Shown piece after piece: positions 60,335-64,000 of a DNA stretch of 64,000 nucleotides. The notes beneath the pieces are model-generated. The model was not told where the DNA came from, did not search any database, and saw only the letters and a program-made list of their open reading frames with translations. The position numbers and the translations under genes are program-made. Origin of the DNA: Tubulanus polymorphus (taxonomy: Eukaryota; Animalia; Nemertea); assembly GCF_964204645.1 (NCBI RefSeq), contig NC_134026.1, positions 27,748,150 through 27,812,149 of the forward strand, written 5' to 3'. Position 1 is the first letter of the stretch. Each line of letters opens with the position of its first letter.

Positions 60335-60465
60335 CAGTGACAATGGAACCTCCTTACAACAACTTCAGGGGACCAGAAAATATGTTCATTATAACAATAG
60401 TTCGTTATATCAAAATGAAATTATCAACATTTTCCTGTTTCTTGGTTTGTAAGGAGGTTCCGCTG
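60335..60465. mobile_element. Tc1/mariner (pogo/Tigger-like) MITE in the Kelch gene 3' region
   Basis: GGAACCTCCTTACAA / TTGTAAGGAGGTTCC inverted pair; CAG...CTG ends flanked by TA on both sides. Confidence 0.7.
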
Positions 60466-60518
60466 TAGCTCAGAGGCGAACAGGGTCCGCTGTCTGTAAT
60501 ACATTGAAGCATTTGATA

Positions 60519-62488
60519 TTACGTATATTGTACAGCAACAAGCGATGACAAATATTTGCAATTGGAGGATATAGGCAGAGATACAGAACGTTCCATTTTT
60601 GATGAGAGTAAATTATAAACTTGAACATCTGAGGAGATATCGTTATCAGGTTGTGATGTATCATCCATTTCACTGTTTATTAGATAGAAGCGACTGCTTT
60701 TGATACAACCAACTCCGGGATGTGGAAATCGCACGAGCTCCTCAATTGTATGCGTTGCCGGATTGTATCGCCACAAAATTGCACTGTATTGTCCGAGCAA
60801 ATAAATATGGTTATTGAAGGTTGTAGCCGATTGTAATCCACTATCGAACGTAACCGGGGATGGTTTCATTGTCCATTCGTTGTTACAAGTATCAAAACAT
60901 TGGAAATGAGTTTTCACAACGAATATAGTGTCATCAGAAACTGCTGCCACAGCCGAAAATACACACTCTTTCAAATCTGGTAGATTTTCCCAAATACCTT
61001 AAAAGAAATGAATTTTCAACAATCAATACTTAGTTTGTCTTGTGATTTTGAGTTTTTGATTGAAATCATTGGAACGACAGTTTACCTGTTTTGATGTTAA
61101 ATCTTTCTGCTGAATCTAGAATGAGCCGATGGCGCCCGAAACCTCCAATCAAATACAGGTAGTCTCCGTGAGAACAAATAGTGTGATTGCGTCGAGGTTG
61201 AGTCAGCTGAAACATATATCACAAGAATATTCACGTATTCTCAAAATTGGTATCAAAAATACATTAAGAGGACATCTTTAGGTATTTTGCTGGTATTGAT
61301 AACAGGGAAAAATAAGAAACAGTTCTTACTTTCGTAACAACTTTCCACGTCATGAAAATAAGATCATAACACCAAACATCCATCATCCAACCATTTTTGC
61401 CAAGTTTTCTCTCTCCACCAGTAAGGTAAAGATATTTACCTGAAAAAGTTGTTAATTTCTATATACCCTAGTTTGGACTTGGTTAACGCTTGGAGTAATC
61501 TACTCCAAGGTTAAATGTCTACACAAATGAAATGGAAAGGAACACACTTAGTTCTTACCTATTATATATGCTTTCATCCCTAAACAATAAACAAAATCTG
61601 AAGGTAACTGCTCCAATCGCTTTACTTTTCCAGAATCTAAATTTGCAAACTTCAGGCTAAGGTCAGACACATCTTCAATAACTAAAAGTAAAGTCTCTGG
61701 TACTTGCCTTTTCTAAAAAACAAAATGAGCATAAATTTTGATGTTCATCATAGAACAGTAACTAAAGTATAACTACTGTATTCAAGTACCTGATGACTGT
61801 TTGTTTTCTGTTGGATGCAATAGTCCATGAGGTTTTGTTTCAAGCTATTGTCTTTCAAATTACGGTGAAGAAGTACTTTCTCTTGGAACTCGGCGTTTGG
61901 AATTAAATTGAAACGTATGCAAGATTTAAGCTCACATAAATCATTTTTGCGTTTTTCAAAATTAAATGATATCCAATTCATCAAGGCTTCAAATACATCG
62001 TACTCGGAATTTACATTCAATTCATCACTACTCAGATACCATTTCAAAGTTGCCTTTGGTAACATCATGAACTCATCCGTATTCAAAATTTCGTGAAAAT
62101 GCCAGAAAATGAAAGCTTTGGCTTTTTCATACATTTCACTTAAGCAGAATTTATCACAAATATAAAATACAGAAAAACAGTTTGAGTAAGAGATAGACCT
62201 CAACATGTAATCACAACTGTATGTTTTCAGTTGCGTGAATTGAAGCATGCACACGACAGGAACAATAATGAACACATTTGAATTCGTTAAATTCAAATTG
62301 CCAGTTGAAATATAATCGAGAATGAGTTTAAATCCATCTGCTGATACGTCATTCAATGTGATTTCTGTTGCATTTCTTTCCAGCATATTACTACTAAACA
62401 TAGCGCGGAAATATTCACTGTTTTCAGAAAGCGCATTTTTAGAACATTCGAACTTCTTTCCTTCGATATTCAAAGTTACTTCATCCAT
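60519..62488 (-). CDS. BTB-BACK-Kelch (kelch-like) protein, 5 coding exons, ~520 aa
   Basis: Exons 62488-61790, 61712-61559, 61439-61330, 61206-61086, 60997-60519 sum to 1563 nt (in frame). BTB: DEVTLNIEG...LSENSEYFRAMF; BACK: LSSDELNVNSEYDVFEALMNWI; kelch: YLYLTGG, YLYLIGG, IYLLG. Confidence 0.9.
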
Positions 62489-62532
62489 ATTGCCGGATCT
62501 GATGACTAGAGCAGCACTGCAGCTATAACAGA

Positions 62533-62721
62533 TTAATCTATATGTCCAGCATCTTGAAGTGCATAACGCCGCGATAGATAAATCGTGCCGATAATAGAAA
62601 TGACAACCACACAGAATGCAAAGATATAAAATGTTTCCTCATCAAATATATCAGTGAATCCAGGGATATACTGAGATGCGTGTTTGACAATTTTCCTCTG
62701 GGGCGAATTCTTTGGTAACAT
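62533..62721 (-). CDS. 62-aa single-pass membrane microprotein upstream of the Kelch ORF
   Basis: ATG in AAAGATG context 22 nt after a splice acceptor (exon edge 62743); basic N-terminus, IPGFTDIFDEETFYIFAFCVVVISIIGTIYLSRR with one clean TM helix. The stop is 44 nt before the Kelch ATG. Confidence 0.6.
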   Translation of the reverse strand: MLPKNSPQRKIVKHASQYIPGFTDIFDEETFYIFAFCVVVISIIGTIYLSRRYALQDAGHID

Positions 62722-64000
62722 CTTTTATGGGTTTAATTTTTCTCTGCAAAAAATAATAACATGTTAATGAAAAAAAAAGAATAAATAAGTAAACTGGAGC
62801 TTAAGATCTTATGCTATAGATCTAATATGAATATAACGATTTGTGTTGCTAATTAGTGCGATTGAAAATGCAGAAAATGAACTTTAATTAATCTAATTCC
62901 ATTTACAAATAGCTAACACTGAGGGCTACATTGAGTTGATCTAAATATGAAGAATCTGATATAGAGTCATACATCACATACCAAAGTTTCAATTTGTATT
63001 TGAGGATTTTTCAAGTAGTTCCATGAAATTCTAGAATATCCCCGAAAGTGGTCCAAAATAACAAACTTGTTTTATCGTAGCTGTATCAAATATGCAAATA
63101 AGCCATACTCGACTGCCAGAGATCCAATTCAAATAAATAATAATTTTATTCACAAAGTGTGATAATCAACATCACTTACCAATTCTCATTTCTATTCCTT
63201 ATGTTTTCCTTTTTACTGATGCTTTGCCCTCACAGAAAACTACTTTTTTCTCTCTTTTTAGAATTGCGCTTGTTGAAGAAATAGTACATTTTATTGTTTT
63301 TTTCTCCAATCTCTGTAAATCGCCTGTACTAAGGCTTTCCGTGAAACACATTTTGACTTGAATATGGTCATCTCAATCAAATCATCTTTACTTTAATGAC
63401 CGATAGTACAAATCATCGCTCGCCTGAGAATTAAATTCTCGCTTCATGGATTCTTCATATACCGTAGTACAAATAAACCGTCAGCCTAAGACAGGTTAAC
63501 AGAAAATTTACCTAAGCAAAAAACCAAATAATTGAACCATCATACAATAAGCCACACAAATATTTCTCATGGGATGTAATAGCATTTATTTTGCAATTAA
63601 CACCAATGAAGCCAATATCATATTCATACCATGGCATACATATTTTTTGATGACAATGATTTCAAGCTTTTATTTTTATTAACAATACATATTACATACA
63701 TACTTACCTGCGGGTGAAACAATGTAGATCAAAACAAAACAACATTCGTTGTGGTTTTATTTCACTGAATGAATTCATAAGCATTAAAATGAAATTAATT
63801 TGCACATAAAACTTGATGAAACACCATCATCGGAACATAATTCAAATTGGTACATAAGGTGCGCGAGCAATCATATGGCTTTTGATCACTAAGATATATC
63901 TGACCCACAATTTGAATATAAATGCATTCACAACTTTTCAAGCGACGCAGATAATTCTATGAATTGTCATTTTTAATTGTTCATAGTAACACAGCTACCG

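Overview
Eukaryotic, AT-rich animal genomic DNA with short spliceosomal introns (a marine invertebrate is my inference). Both ends are gene-dense. The left end has WSB1 and eIF2D head-to-head, then a glutaredoxin-DEP-DUF547 gene. The right end has an intact BEL/Pao LTR retrotransposon, a tandem pair of class A GPCR genes (one broken), an uncharacterised gene with an upstream X-box, and a BTB-BACK-Kelch gene with a 62-aa membrane microprotein ORF 44 bp upstream. The gene-poor middle (11542-45031, 33,490 bp) is bounded by ~70-bp terminal inverted repeats starting GGTTGTCATT and an exact 9-bp target-site duplication (GTCCGCTAG), so it looks like one giant Mutator/Merlin-type DNA transposon with no visible transposase. 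It carries a spliced, promoter-bearing orphan gene, many tandem-repeat families (including a higher-order compound satellite), a run of duplicated exon-like modules and nested MITEs. Also seen are two Penelope-type minimal hammerhead ribozyme motifs and a GC-rich, hairpin-dense island next to the right TSD. All calls were made by eye; no searches were run.
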